Source: a virus. From it: DNA of 64,000 bases. The stretch spans positions 32,001 through 96,000 of IMG/VR virus record IMGVR_UViG_3300036790_000219. One strand, given 5' to 3'. Position numbers and translations under genes: made by a program. Shown piece by piece: positions 43,265 to 53,220 of the stretch; position 1 is the stretch's first letter, and the number at the start of each line of letters is the position of its first letter. The notes under the pieces are model-generated. The model had not been told where the DNA came from. It did not search any database and worked only from the letters and a program-made list of their open reading frames with translations.

Positions 43265-44868
43265 CCCTTGAAGAATATCTTATTCGTCTTGGCTGGAATA
43301 TTGACGAGCCAAGCTTCAAGAAGTTTGTCAATGCGGTTTCGGCAACGAGCAAGCTCACTGCCGAAGTTGGCGGCGTGGCTTTGGAGACGGCAGGGGCTAT
43401 TGAGTTGATGGTCACGCGCGTGGCGCGACAGTATGAGACGCTCTACTACGTCAGCCAGCGTACCAATCAGTCAGTACGGTATATCCAGGCTACCCAGTAC
43501 GCCTTCGGTCAGATTGGGTTAAGTGCAGACGATGCCTCCTCAGCAATTGAGAACTTTGGGGCTAAGATGCGTACCCAGCCTTGGTTACGGGCTGTGTTGG
43601 GTGGCGCGACAACTCCTCAACAAGTTGTTCAGAATCTCAGCAAGTCGGGCTTACCATACTTCTTGCAGGCACAATTTGCCGAACAGTTTGCTGGTATTCC
43701 GGAGCAGACTTATTTTCACATGCTCAAGTACCAGGCAGCGCAAGCCCAGGCTGACGCTGAGTTCAGGACGCGTCAAGGTCAAGCTGGAATCGACCCCGAC
43801 GCATTTGCCAAACGCATTTCTGAACCAAAGCCGGGTTCTTTCATTTGGTCACTGAACCGTTTGGAAAGTGACCTTGGTATCTTTGGTCAGCGTATGGCAA
43901 TGGACTTTGTCGATCCGGCTCAGAGAGGCATAGATACTGTTGACCGTCTCGTTCAGTGGCTCAACCGGGCGGATGCCGCGACAAAGGGTTGGTTAGGTAC
44001 GTTAGAGACGCTCGCAGGGACCGTGGCGGGAAGTTGGGTCCTTGAGGGCCTCTTTCGCAAGGTCTTTGGCCTTGGGGGTAAGACACTTGCTGGGCGGGTC
44101 GTAGGGACGGCTGCAAGGGCGGTAGGAATTACAGGGGGGCTTGCAGGGGGCGCTACGGTAGCCCTTGCGGGCGGCGCTCTCCTCGCCTCCACGACGGCTG
44201 CAAACCAGGATGAAGCCTCACGGCCTTGGAACCAGCCCCTCGGTGCCCCCGATACGGGGGGTGCAGGGGCGACGAAGCGGATCAATCAGGCTATCGCATA
44301 CTTTATGGCGCAAGGCTACTCTCAATCAGCCGCACAAGGTATTGCCTCAGCGCTGTTCTTTGAGAGTGGTAAGACCCTTTCGCCTACGGCCTTCAACGGC
44401 GCGGGCGGTGGCGCGGGCGCGCGAGGTATCGGGCAGTGGCGCGGGGAACGGCTGGCGGCTTTCCGTAAGATGTTTGGAAAGGACCCACTCAATGCGACGT
44501 TCGAAGAGCAACTACAGTTTGTGGCTTGGGAACTTGCCCATGGCACAGACAAGGGTGCACTGAGTGCAGGCAAGCTGCTTCGCGGTGGCAAGCTAGGTGC
44601 GGGGCAATCTGCCGGTACCTTTATCGACATGTTTGAACGGCCGGGCGACAATGGGCAGGAAGCCGGACGAGCTTCTCGGTTTGCCGAAGGGCTTTCAGCC
44701 CTTGCTGCGCAACAACACCGGGGCACAACCAATAACGTGACCGTCACAAACAAGACTGATATTCATGTTAGTGGTGTTGGCGCACAAGACGCTGCCAATA
44801 AAGTGGCTACTGCCCAGGATAAGGTTGGTCAAGACACAGCACGTTCCGTGGTTGGAGCCTTGCGTTGA
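43261..44868 (+). CDS. Tape measure protein with phage tail lysozyme domain
   Basis: EEYLIRLGW N-terminus; AQGIASALFFES...GIGQW...QLQFVAWEL...FERP. Confidence 0.85.
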   Translation: MTLEEYLIRLGWNIDEPSFKKFVNAVSATSKLTAEVGGVALETAGAIELMVTRVARQYETLYYVSQRTNQSVRYIQATQYAFGQIGLSADDASSAIENFGAKMRTQPWLRAVLGGATTPQQVVQNLSKSGLPYFLQAQFAEQFAGIPEQTYFHMLKYQAAQAQADAEFRTRQGQAGIDPDAFAKRISEPKPGSFIWSLNRLESDLGIFGQRMAMDFVDPAQRGIDTVDRLVQWLNRADAATKGWLGTLETLAGTVAGSWVLEGLFRKVFGLGGKTLAGRVVGTAARAVGITGGLAGGATVALAGGALLASTTAANQDEASRPWNQPLGAPDTGGAGATKRINQAIAYFMAQGYSQSAAQGIASALFFESGKTLSPTAFNGAGGGAGARGIGQWRGERLAAFRKMFGKDPLNATFEEQLQFVAWELAHGTDKGALSAGKLLRGGKLGAGQSAGTFIDMFERPGDNGQEAGRASRFAEGLSALAAQQHRGTTNNVTVTNKTDIHVSGVGAQDAANKVATAQDKVGQDTARSVVGALR

Positions 44869-45575
44869 GTATCTTCCCTCTGAATGGCACAGTAGGGGTC
44901 ATCGCCAGCATCGGTCTCAGCACCCTTCTTCAAAGCATTGTCTTCCCCCGTGGCTTTGGTGCCGATATAACTGTCGAGGAGAAGCATTCAGACATTTTGA
45001 CTGTTACTGAGAACCCTGTTGAGCAGGGCGCGGCTATTACTGACCATGCGTTTAAGCGCCCTGCCGAACTTACGGTGCGGGTGGGTTACTCCGATAGCAG
45101 TCCCGCTTCGGTCATTGGAACCGGCTTGGCGGTAATGAGTGCGGCTTCTGCTTTAGCCGCCGCATCAGCCCTCTCCTCGGGTGGTAGTCTTTCGAGCGTA
45201 CTCAGTACAACAACGGGACTTTCATTAGTTGAAGCGGCAACCACAGCAGATTACGTGGAAGCCGTTTACAACATGTTTCTCATTTTACAGTCTAGTCGCG
45301 TTCCGTTTGGGTTGATCACGGGCAAACGCATTTACAACACCTTATTGATCACGGCGCTCCACACTTCAACGACAGAGGAGTGGGAGAACTCCATGATCCT
45401 TGAAGTTGAGATGCGGGAGATCATTCTGGTTAACACCCAGACAGTCTCGGTTCCCCCCGCAGCCAATATGGCGAATCCACAAATAAACGGGGCTACACAG
45501 AACCTAGGAGCCAATAATTTGACTCCTGGGAATGGCTACAATGCCGCAGCCGCGCCAGCACCGCTGAGCCAATGA
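44865..45575 (+). CDS. Tail tube initiator / Dit-like baseplate protein
   Basis: EEKHSDILTVTENPVEQGAAITDHA. Confidence 0.75.
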   Translation: MSIFPLNGTVGVIASIGLSTLLQSIVFPRGFGADITVEEKHSDILTVTENPVEQGAAITDHAFKRPAELTVRVGYSDSSPASVIGTGLAVMSAASALAAASALSSGGSLSSVLSTTTGLSLVEAATTADYVEAVYNMFLILQSSRVPFGLITGKRIYNTLLITALHTSTTEEWENSMILEVEMREIILVNTQTVSVPPAANMANPQINGATQNLGANNLTPGNGYNAAAAPAPLSQ

Positions 45576-45898
45576 GTGATGTTACGTATACCCCGTACCT
45601 GGTTCCTCTTCAGCCAACGGCTCAGCAGTTTACGGTATCTCTGGCAGGGGTGACGTATACCGTAAAGTTGCGGTGGAATGCGCAGAATGCATCTTGGGTC
45701 CTGGACTTGATGGACTCAAATCAGAATCCAATATTGACCGGCCTTCCGCTCGTCACGGGGGTAGACCTTCTGGAACAGTACGGCTACCTCGGGATTGGCG
45801 GGTCCCTGGTCGTTCAAAGCACTAACGACCCGAGCCTTGTGCCAAACTATGACACGCTCGGTTCTACGGGAAACCTCTTCTTTGTGGTTGCATCTTGA
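45572..45898 (+). CDS. Small baseplate protein
   Basis: QQFTVSLAG..Y..LRWN...PLVTGVDLLEQY. Confidence 0.72.
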   Translation: MSDVTYTPYLVPLQPTAQQFTVSLAGVTYTVKLRWNAQNASWVLDLMDSNQNPILTGLPLVTGVDLLEQYGYLGIGGSLVVQSTNDPSLVPNYDTLGSTGNLFFVVAS

Positions 45899-47022
45899 AC
45901 AATCAGTTCATCCGCAAGTGCTCCTTGATCGTTTACGGAACACCGCCTACGCCAGCTGGAACTGGATTAGCGGTACCGTCAAGTTCGGGCAGTAGTACAA
46001 CTATAACAGCGAGTGGTGCTACGGCGATTGTTATTCCAAACAGTCAGCTACAATCAGCACAGAACCAGCCTGGCATAGAACTCGGTGCCCTTCGTATCCA
46101 GTTCAACGTCTCGGCAATGGATATTGATTCCCCACCGACGGCGCGTATCAGAGTTATTAATCTTTCTGATACTACTGCGAAGCTTATCCAACAAGAATTC
46201 TCAGGTGTTGTTCTTCAAGCCGGATATGAGAACGGTAACTTTGGTGTGATTTTTCAAGGGACTATTATTCGTGTCCGGAAAGGTCGCCTTAGTAATATTG
46301 ATACGTACGTCGAGATTCTAGCATCGAACTTTGACCTTTTGTACAACTACGGCTTCGTCAACAAAACGGTCGCTAAGGGTAGTAGTGCGCAAGACCGTGC
46401 TAACGCTATAGCGGCGGCGGCTAACCAATCCGCTGCCGTACAATCTGCTGCTGCTCAAGTCCAGCAAGTACAGACAAGCGGCTGGCAATACGGTTACATT
46501 TCTAACAGTTTCGGTACAGGGGGTGTTCTCCCACGTGGCAAGGTGATGTTTGGTCTTGCCCGAAAGTATATGAACCACTTGACTGACACACAAGGGGCCA
46601 CCTGGTCGATTGATCCTTCAGGCAAGGTTCAGATCATCTCCTATAACGACGTTTTACCAGGACAAGCTGTTGTTATCAATGCCCAGACGGGAATGGTTGG
46701 TATCCCGGAAGCGACGCAGCAAGGGGTTGAAGTGGGTTGCTTACTTAATCCCAATATTAAGACCGGACAACAGATCCAACTGGATAACGCTTCAATAAAC
46801 ACAACGACGAACCGCAGTAATATAGGCTTTCCCGCATACTCTGACTTTGAGTTCTTCGCTAGTACTTCGGATGACGGTATTTACCGCGCACTCGTTGTTG
46901 AGCATGAAGGTGACAGTCGTGGTGAAGGAGCGGATTGGCTTACAAAGATAACGGCGTTGGCAGTGGACCAAAGCGTTCCCGCTGGGGCAAGTTCTCAAGT
47001 CAAAGTGGCCTATTCAGGCTAG
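45895..47022 (+). CDS. Baseplate hub protein
   Basis: FIRKCSL, LQAGYENG..IFQG, LVGIPE-like MVGIPE, CLLNP. Confidence 0.78.
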   Translation: MNNQFIRKCSLIVYGTPPTPAGTGLAVPSSSGSSTTITASGATAIVIPNSQLQSAQNQPGIELGALRIQFNVSAMDIDSPPTARIRVINLSDTTAKLIQQEFSGVVLQAGYENGNFGVIFQGTIIRVRKGRLSNIDTYVEILASNFDLLYNYGFVNKTVAKGSSAQDRANAIAAAANQSAAVQSAAAQVQQVQTSGWQYGYISNSFGTGGVLPRGKVMFGLARKYMNHLTDTQGATWSIDPSGKVQIISYNDVLPGQAVVINAQTGMVGIPEATQQGVEVGCLLNPNIKTGQQIQLDNASINTTTNRSNIGFPAYSDFEFFASTSDDGIYRALVVEHEGDSRGEGADWLTKITALAVDQSVPAGASSQVKVAYSG

Positions 47023-47031
47023 GAGTTCTTT

Positions 47032-47640
47032 GTGGATCGGAGGGAACGTCTCAATAGCTTAGCTGTTACCCTACGCATGGCGTTGCAGGACTTCCAGAGC
47101 GGTCTCTGGACCGCGTTACCCGCAGTAGTAGAGAGTTTTGATGCTACAACGTTAACGGTCACAGCCCAGCCGACTATCCAAGGACAGGTTCGCCAACCGG
47201 ATGGTACGTGGTTTAATACCACAATGCCGTTGTGCACAGAGTGTCCTGTTATTTTACCGGGAGGAGGTTCCTTCGTTTTGACGTTTCCTATTACTAAGGG
47301 CGACGAAGGAACAATTATTTTTGCATCGCGGTGTATAGATTCCTGGTGGCAGAGTGGTGGCATCCAAACTCAAGCCGAGTTGCGGATGCACGACTTATCT
47401 GATGGTTTCTTTCTGCCAAAATGCTTTTCGCTACCAAACGTTCCTGGTTCAATCAGCACAACAGCGGTTGAGCTTCGCAGTCTCGATGGCAAAACACTGG
47501 TCCACGTTGAAACCGATAAGATCATTCTTTCACTGAATAACGGTAGAACAGTGCTTACGGTAGATGATAGTGTCCAGAAGGTTGAAATCACGGCTGTTGG
47601 TGGGTTGTGGGTTAACGGCGTTCAGGTGACAGTCCCTTGA
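47032..47640 (+). CDS. Baseplate spike (Gp138-like N-terminal OB fold)
   Basis: WTALPAVV..FD, FPITKGDE...FASRCIDSWW, RMHDLSDG. Confidence 0.85.
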   Translation: MDRRERLNSLAVTLRMALQDFQSGLWTALPAVVESFDATTLTVTAQPTIQGQVRQPDGTWFNTTMPLCTECPVILPGGGSFVLTFPITKGDEGTIIFASRCIDSWWQSGGIQTQAELRMHDLSDGFFLPKCFSLPNVPGSISTTAVELRSLDGKTLVHVETDKIILSLNNGRTVLTVDDSVQKVEITAVGGLWVNGVQVTVP

Positions 47641-48029
47641 GATACCGCGCGCTTTCCGCTACGGGCGACTATACTTTTGGTCAAGGCGAAGCTAACTTTT
47701 TGATCAACAGTCCCGCAGCGGTAGCGCAATCTGTTTTAACAAGGCTCCGGCTGTGGGAAGGGGAGTGGTTTCTTGATCAAACTCTAGGAACTCCCTACAC
47801 GCAACAGATATTGGGCTACAATACGGCGGGGCTTTACGACCTCGCTATTCAACAACAGATTCTTAACACCCCTGGTGTTACATCGATTACACAATACTCC
47901 TCGTCCGTTGATCCGGAAACACGGGCGCTTACGATTAACGCCGCCATCAATACCCAATATGGCCCCACAGCAGTTACAAACACCTTTACTGCTGGTCCCA
48001 CAAGCTTCACCCCGGCGCTCGCTGCATGA
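47637..48029 (+). CDS. Baseplate wedge subunit (gp46/gp25-like)
   Basis: GDYTFG...AVAQSVLTRLRLWEGEWFLD..GTPY. Confidence 0.8.
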   Translation: MRYRALSATGDYTFGQGEANFLINSPAAVAQSVLTRLRLWEGEWFLDQTLGTPYTQQILGYNTAGLYDLAIQQQILNTPGVTSITQYSSSVDPETRALTINAAINTQYGPTAVTNTFTAGPTSFTPALAA

Positions 48030-49204
48030 CAACACTTGCTTGCACTGTTAGCTCAACCGGTATTACTGCGCCGGATTACGCTGATATCTTAGCCGAATTG
48101 CAGAATGCCTACTACAGTATTTACGGTGCGGACTCAGATCTCGATGCAGATTCACAGGACGGGCAGTTCATCGCGATCCTAGCACAGGCCATTTACGACA
48201 CGAATCAGATTGCCATCGCAGTGTACAATGCGTACTCACCGGCGACGTCGCAAGGCACGGCCTTGTCGAGTGTCGTTAAGATAAACGGCATTGAACGGCA
48301 GTCTGCCAGTAACAGTACTGATGTTGTAACACTGATGGGTGTGGCGGGGACTGTTATAACAGGAGGTCAGGTAGGTGACAACCTAAGCCAGGGTACGATC
48401 TGGAACCTGCCGCCGTCTGTTACGATTCCGGATAGCGGTACAATTGATGAGACCGTAACCTGTGCAGAGCAAGGTGATATCCAATTTGCTCCAGGATCGC
48501 TAACGGTCATTCTTACACCTACGCGGAACTGGCAGTCCGTTACAAATATTGGACCAAATTCTCCAGGCAACCCGATTGAAAGCGACGCCACACTTCGTCA
48601 GCGTCAGGCACAATCAACTGCCTTGCCATCCCTTTCCATTATAGAGGGCATTTACGGTGCAGTGGCTGCAATTTCCGGGGTCTCGGAGTTACAGATTTAC
48701 GAGAACCAGACTGATATAACTGATGGTAATGGTATTCCACCACACTCGATTGCCGTGGTCGTTTTGGGTGGGGACATTCAGACTATTGCGGATACAATTG
48801 CGTTGAAGAAGACGCCAGGAACGAACACCTACGGTGATATTTCGGTGTTAACGGTAGACCAGAATGGTGTGCCGTTGACCATCAATTTTACTGAGCTTGA
48901 ACAGGTCCCGCTTTTTGTTACTGTTACACTTAATCCGTTGTCGGGGTACACTTCACTAATTGGCGAGGAAATTCAGACAGCAGTGGCTAGCTTTATTAAT
49001 AGCCTCTTGTCGGGCGAAGACAGTTACCTCGCGCGGTTGTACTCTCCCGCCAACTTGGGAGGAACAGGGGATGGTGCCACTTTTGTTGTTACTGGTATAG
49101 TTCAAGGTACGGTGTCTGGAGATCAGGCAGCTGCAGATATTGATGCCACTTACGAGCAGCAATTCACCTGTACCACAGATAACGTAACCATCACGGTGCT
49201 GTAG
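48026..49204 (+). CDS. Baseplate J-like protein
   Basis: GITAPDYADIL, DSQDGQ, ESDATLRQRQ, GIPPHSIAVVV.GG. Confidence 0.88.
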   Translation: MTTLACTVSSTGITAPDYADILAELQNAYYSIYGADSDLDADSQDGQFIAILAQAIYDTNQIAIAVYNAYSPATSQGTALSSVVKINGIERQSASNSTDVVTLMGVAGTVITGGQVGDNLSQGTIWNLPPSVTIPDSGTIDETVTCAEQGDIQFAPGSLTVILTPTRNWQSVTNIGPNSPGNPIESDATLRQRQAQSTALPSLSIIEGIYGAVAAISGVSELQIYENQTDITDGNGIPPHSIAVVVLGGDIQTIADTIALKKTPGTNTYGDISVLTVDQNGVPLTINFTELEQVPLFVTVTLNPLSGYTSLIGEEIQTAVASFINSLLSGEDSYLARLYSPANLGGTGDGATFVVTGIVQGTVSGDQAAADIDATYEQQFTCTTDNVTITVL

Positions 49205-49205
49205 C

Positions 49206-51257
49206 GTGACTTTTATTGATACCTGGGATTCTGGCCAGCCCAATGGTCTCTGGGATGTGGGGATTCAATGGGACGTGAATTCTCCTTCTCCTGGGGGTGA
49301 CCCCACACCCTACTTAAATCTCGTAACGTCGGAGCACCGGGACCAACCTGATTTTATTGCAACGCTAACAGCAGTTCTGCAGCCCTTTGCTGACCTGCAG
49401 ACTGTGATGTCGTCTTTCCCTACTCTTTTTGACATTGACGTTGCTGTTGGTGTACAAGAAGACGCAGTAGGTAAGTGGGTTGGGGTTTCTAGGAATCTGA
49501 ATGAACCATTAACGGGCGTTTACTTTGAGTTGGACTCTGCTACTCTTGGTCTAGATCAAGGTATTCTTCAAGGCCCATTTGATCCAACATCAGGTATTGT
49601 ACAGCTTCCGGACGATGTCTACCGTCAATTGTTGCAGGCAGAGGTTCTTAACAATTCTTGGGATGGAACTGTTACCGAAGCTTACGCCATCTGGAAAACT
49701 CTCTTTCCAGACACTCTTCCCAGTCTAGTTCCAACCGAGTTAGTTGATTTTACAACCAATTATGTTAACGGGGTAGTATACCCCTCTTCGGAAGCGGTAT
49801 TCAGCCGCGCAGAGTTGACGCTCACCCGTAATGGTCCTGCTACCTATACGGATTCATTCGGGTTATTAGTGACCGCTGCTGCGAATGTACCCAGGTTCAA
49901 CTATGTTGGCGGCGTCGCGGTCGGGATTTTGCTGGAAGGGGCCAGCACCAATAATTTTACCTATTCAAACGACTTTTCCAATGCGGCGTGGACGTTGTCT
50001 GATCCAACGCTATCTCAAAACGCTTTGGGGCCGGATGGCGGATCATCATCAGCGTGGACCGCAACGGCTGCGAGTTTTGCCGCCAACAGAGCCTACCGCA
50101 GCGACAATATAGCGTCGAGCCAAACGATTTCGTTCTATGTGGAGGCCGGCACCTGCGGCTTCGCCTATATATGGGCAATCGAAAGTGGCGGTGGTCAGAT
50201 CGGCACATGGTTCAATCTGTTGGCTGGAGTGAAGGGGACCAACAACTACACGATAACTGGCTCACCCGTTGGCTCGTTTTCCAACGTCACCATCACTCCG
50301 GCCGCAAACGGCTTTTATCGAATTTCAGCTTACTACAATTACGTCTCGGGGACCGTCAGCGCGGGGTGGGGATTTTCCGATAGCGATGCATCCAATGCCG
50401 CAACGATTGGGCATACCGGGATTATTTTCGGAGCACAGATGGAGTCCCTGCAGTACGCCTCTTCGTACATCCCGACCACGACCGCTGCCGCCTCCCGCGT
50501 TGCCGACAGCATCACCCGCACCCGCAGCAGCCCGACGGCGTTCACGCGGCTGGTGTCGGGCATCACGCCTGCGGGATTGCCGTCGGCAGGGAGTGCGTTT
50601 TGGACCCTCGATGACGGCACGACCAGTAACATAATCTTCGCCTACTATACCCCTGCCGGTCATATTGAGGTCCTGGCTAATATCGGCGGCACTACGGTCG
50701 TTGCGCTCGACATGGGCGCAGTCGCATTCAACGCGGCATTCTCCTTGGCCGTCACTGCGTCGGCCGGTAATTTCGCCGCCTCGCTCAACGGTGGCGCGGT
50801 GGTCTCCAGTTCCTACGGCACCATGCCGACCGGCCTCATCAACGATTGGATCGGCGAGGCGTTCTCGGCCGGAAACTATCCGCTCAACTCCAATCTTGGC
50901 GTGTTCGCCGAATGGACCGGCGTGGTGATGACGAATGCACAATTGCAGGCCCTGGCCGCGCCAGGGGGCGCTGCTGCGCTTGAAGCGTCTTGGGTTGTTG
51001 GTCCTGAGCTTCTAATCCAGGACGAAAGCAATATGCACATGATTCTTGCTTTAACTGGAACGCCTCCTTCCCCTCTCGACTTGGCACTTTTTCTAAGTGG
51101 GAGTTTGAACGTACGACCTGACGGTGTACAGATAGATTATTACTTAACTCCTGATACTTCTGGTGACCCGTACTTTGGTCTTGATATTGAGAACGCAAAT
51201 ATTGCGGGGCTGGACGTTGGCGGCTTTGGTTTCTTAAATAACGGCACCGGGTACTGA
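49206..51257 (+). CDS. DUF2612 baseplate wedge protein carrying a large inserted lectin-like domain
   Basis: DUF2612 halves (FDIDVAVGVQEDAVGKWVG...NSWDGT; LIQDESNM...FGLD..N..IAGLD) flank about 430 extra residues (FSRA...GILLEGASTN...ASSYIPTT). Confidence 0.78.
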   Translation: MTFIDTWDSGQPNGLWDVGIQWDVNSPSPGGDPTPYLNLVTSEHRDQPDFIATLTAVLQPFADLQTVMSSFPTLFDIDVAVGVQEDAVGKWVGVSRNLNEPLTGVYFELDSATLGLDQGILQGPFDPTSGIVQLPDDVYRQLLQAEVLNNSWDGTVTEAYAIWKTLFPDTLPSLVPTELVDFTTNYVNGVVYPSSEAVFSRAELTLTRNGPATYTDSFGLLVTAAANVPRFNYVGGVAVGILLEGASTNNFTYSNDFSNAAWTLSDPTLSQNALGPDGGSSSAWTATAASFAANRAYRSDNIASSQTISFYVEAGTCGFAYIWAIESGGGQIGTWFNLLAGVKGTNNYTITGSPVGSFSNVTITPAANGFYRISAYYNYVSGTVSAGWGFSDSDASNAATIGHTGIIFGAQMESLQYASSYIPTTTAAASRVADSITRTRSSPTAFTRLVSGITPAGLPSAGSAFWTLDDGTTSNIIFAYYTPAGHIEVLANIGGTTVVALDMGAVAFNAAFSLAVTASAGNFAASLNGGAVVSSSYGTMPTGLINDWIGEAFSAGNYPLNSNLGVFAEWTGVVMTNAQLQALAAPGGAAALEASWVVGPELLIQDESNMHMILALTGTPPSPLDLALFLSGSLNVRPDGVQIDYYLTPDTSGDPYFGLDIENANIAGLDVGGFGFLNNGTGY

Positions 51258-51267
51258 GGAAAAAGCA

Positions 51268-51852
51268 ATGCCTGTAGAAAATGACTTTCTTTATTTTGCC
51301 ACAGGTGTTGGGGCAAACGTAGTTGACCAGGCGACTTATGCCGCCGCTAGTTATATCTCACCGGGGCTAGGCAGTGGTATTCTCGCCTCGGCAGTGTTCA
51401 ATAAGATAGTTCGCCAGGGTAGTGCTGGCGCGGCGATGCTGGCGCAGTTCATTGTAGATCAACTTGATCAAGCTGTTCTTGATGGTGGTGATGCTGAAAC
51501 TCTGGCTTTACAGCTTACTGCTGCGATCCAACAAAGTTCAACGCAGAAGCCCGCACGAATTGTGACAGCTAGTACTACGTTGACAGTAAGTCTGACTGAC
51601 TGGTATATCGGGATTAACCGTAGCTCAGCGCCTGCTGCCATTAACGTAGACTTACCGACGGGTCCGGCTGTGGGTCAAGAATTCGTCTTTGAGGATCTTT
51701 ATGGTAATGCACAAGCGTATCCAATTACGTTAGTACCACCAGGGGGTACCACCTTCAAAGGCGGCCGCAATTCCTGGATTATAGACGAGGACGGCGGCGC
51801 GGTCTCAGTGGTTTACGCAGGTTCTGATATCTTCGGAGCGAGAATGACATGA
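51268..51852 (+). CDS. Short tail fibre anchor protein
   Basis: NDFLYFATGVGANVV.Q..Y...FNKIVRQ tail-fibre N-terminus; only 194 aa. Confidence 0.72.
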   Translation: MPVENDFLYFATGVGANVVDQATYAAASYISPGLGSGILASAVFNKIVRQGSAGAAMLAQFIVDQLDQAVLDGGDAETLALQLTAAIQQSSTQKPARIVTASTTLTVSLTDWYIGINRSSAPAAINVDLPTGPAVGQEFVFEDLYGNAQAYPITLVPPGGTTFKGGRNSWIIDEDGGAVSVVYAGSDIFGARMT

Positions 51853-53204
51853 TGAAGAAACTCTTTACCGCACTCTTACTCCTTGTTCTCAGCGTCAGCG
51901 TTACGTCTGCGCAGTTTACTGACCAGCGTACGTGGGGTGGAACTGCTGGGGGCAGTGCCAATGCTTTGACGCTGACCATAAGCAACTGGCCAACAACACC
52001 TGCTGTTGGGGTGGCCGTTACGTTCTTTCCCAATGTAGCTAACACAACAACTGCTACGGTTGCAATTTCTGGGCAAGGTGGTAGCTCTGGAACGTACCCA
52101 ATCTACAAGAAGTCTGGAGCGGGACCCGTCGCTCTGATCGGGGGTGAACTCCAGCCCAATCAACCCGTAGTGCTTTTATGGAATGCGTCGCTCAGTGTCT
52201 ACGTCATTCAGAACGGCATTAACGACGCGATAGCCGCTATCACGACACCACCGGAAGGGTATCTGACGCCGTGTAACTATGCTAACAGCCCTTCGGTAAG
52301 TGGTTGCACAGCGAATCAGATGTTGCCTACCAGTGACGTTAGTGGTGTTGCTGCGGTATACTATGGTACATGGTTTGGCAATCAAATTCCGATATACAAT
52401 GGGTCGGCTTTAGTTAACATCAACTTTTCGGAGCTTTCACTCAGTCTACCTTCTAGCTTCGCCAGTGGCACTATTCGTGACGTTTGCGTGTTCCTCAATT
52501 CTGGTGCCCCTACGCTGGTATTGTCCACGGCTTGGACAACGAGCACCGCAGGTTCTGGTAACCGAGGAACAGGGGCCAGCACCGCGCAAATTGCTCTCAT
52601 TGCTGGTGTGTGGACAAATGCGGTTACGATCAACGGTGTCAATGGATCGACTACGTACAGTAACATCCCGGCCAACGAGTGCACAGTGGTCGGTAGTCTA
52701 TTGGCATCCGCTAACGGACAGATCACGTGGAGCGTGGCCTACGGTCAGAGTAGACAGATCGATGTGGCAAATATCTACAACCGGCAGCCCATTGGGGAGA
52801 AGGCTGGTGATTCGACGGCCAGTTGGGCGGACGCCAACAACAGTAGTTTTGGCCCCGTGAATGGTACGGCAAACAATTCGTTGGAGATCCTTCTTTCTCT
52901 GCCAACCAAGATGTCGCTGACCTATAATCAGAACATCAATCAGTTGAATGAGGGGATGCAAACTCTAATTGGGATAGGGGTAGATTCCACGACTACAACT
53001 AGTGGCACTCGTGGGGCGATGTATACTTACTCTAGTCTGTCTGGGGTTGGCAATACTCTCCAGACTAATCCAGTTGCCATGTACGCGGCTCAGGGTACGA
53101 TCGGTGCTCACGTAATTACGGCGTTGTCCAAGTCGGTCACAAATACTGCGACCCTGTACGGGACCGAGACCGATATGCAGTTACGGGCAGAGATACAGCA
53201 GTAA
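51849..53204 (+). CDS. Tail-fibre-like protein with signal peptide
   Basis: MMKKLFTALLLLVLSVSVTSA-Q; GGTAGGSANALTL fibre-type domain. Confidence 0.7.
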   Translation: MMKKLFTALLLLVLSVSVTSAQFTDQRTWGGTAGGSANALTLTISNWPTTPAVGVAVTFFPNVANTTTATVAISGQGGSSGTYPIYKKSGAGPVALIGGELQPNQPVVLLWNASLSVYVIQNGINDAIAAITTPPEGYLTPCNYANSPSVSGCTANQMLPTSDVSGVAAVYYGTWFGNQIPIYNGSALVNINFSELSLSLPSSFASGTIRDVCVFLNSGAPTLVLSTAWTTSTAGSGNRGTGASTAQIALIAGVWTNAVTINGVNGSTTYSNIPANECTVVGSLLASANGQITWSVAYGQSRQIDVANIYNRQPIGEKAGDSTASWADANNSSFGPVNGTANNSLEILLSLPTKMSLTYNQNINQLNEGMQTLIGIGVDSTTTTSGTRGAMYTYSSLSGVGNTLQTNPVAMYAAQGTIGAHVITALSKSVTNTATLYGTETDMQLRAEIQQ

Positions 53205-53220
53205 GAGGCCAGCTAAATCC

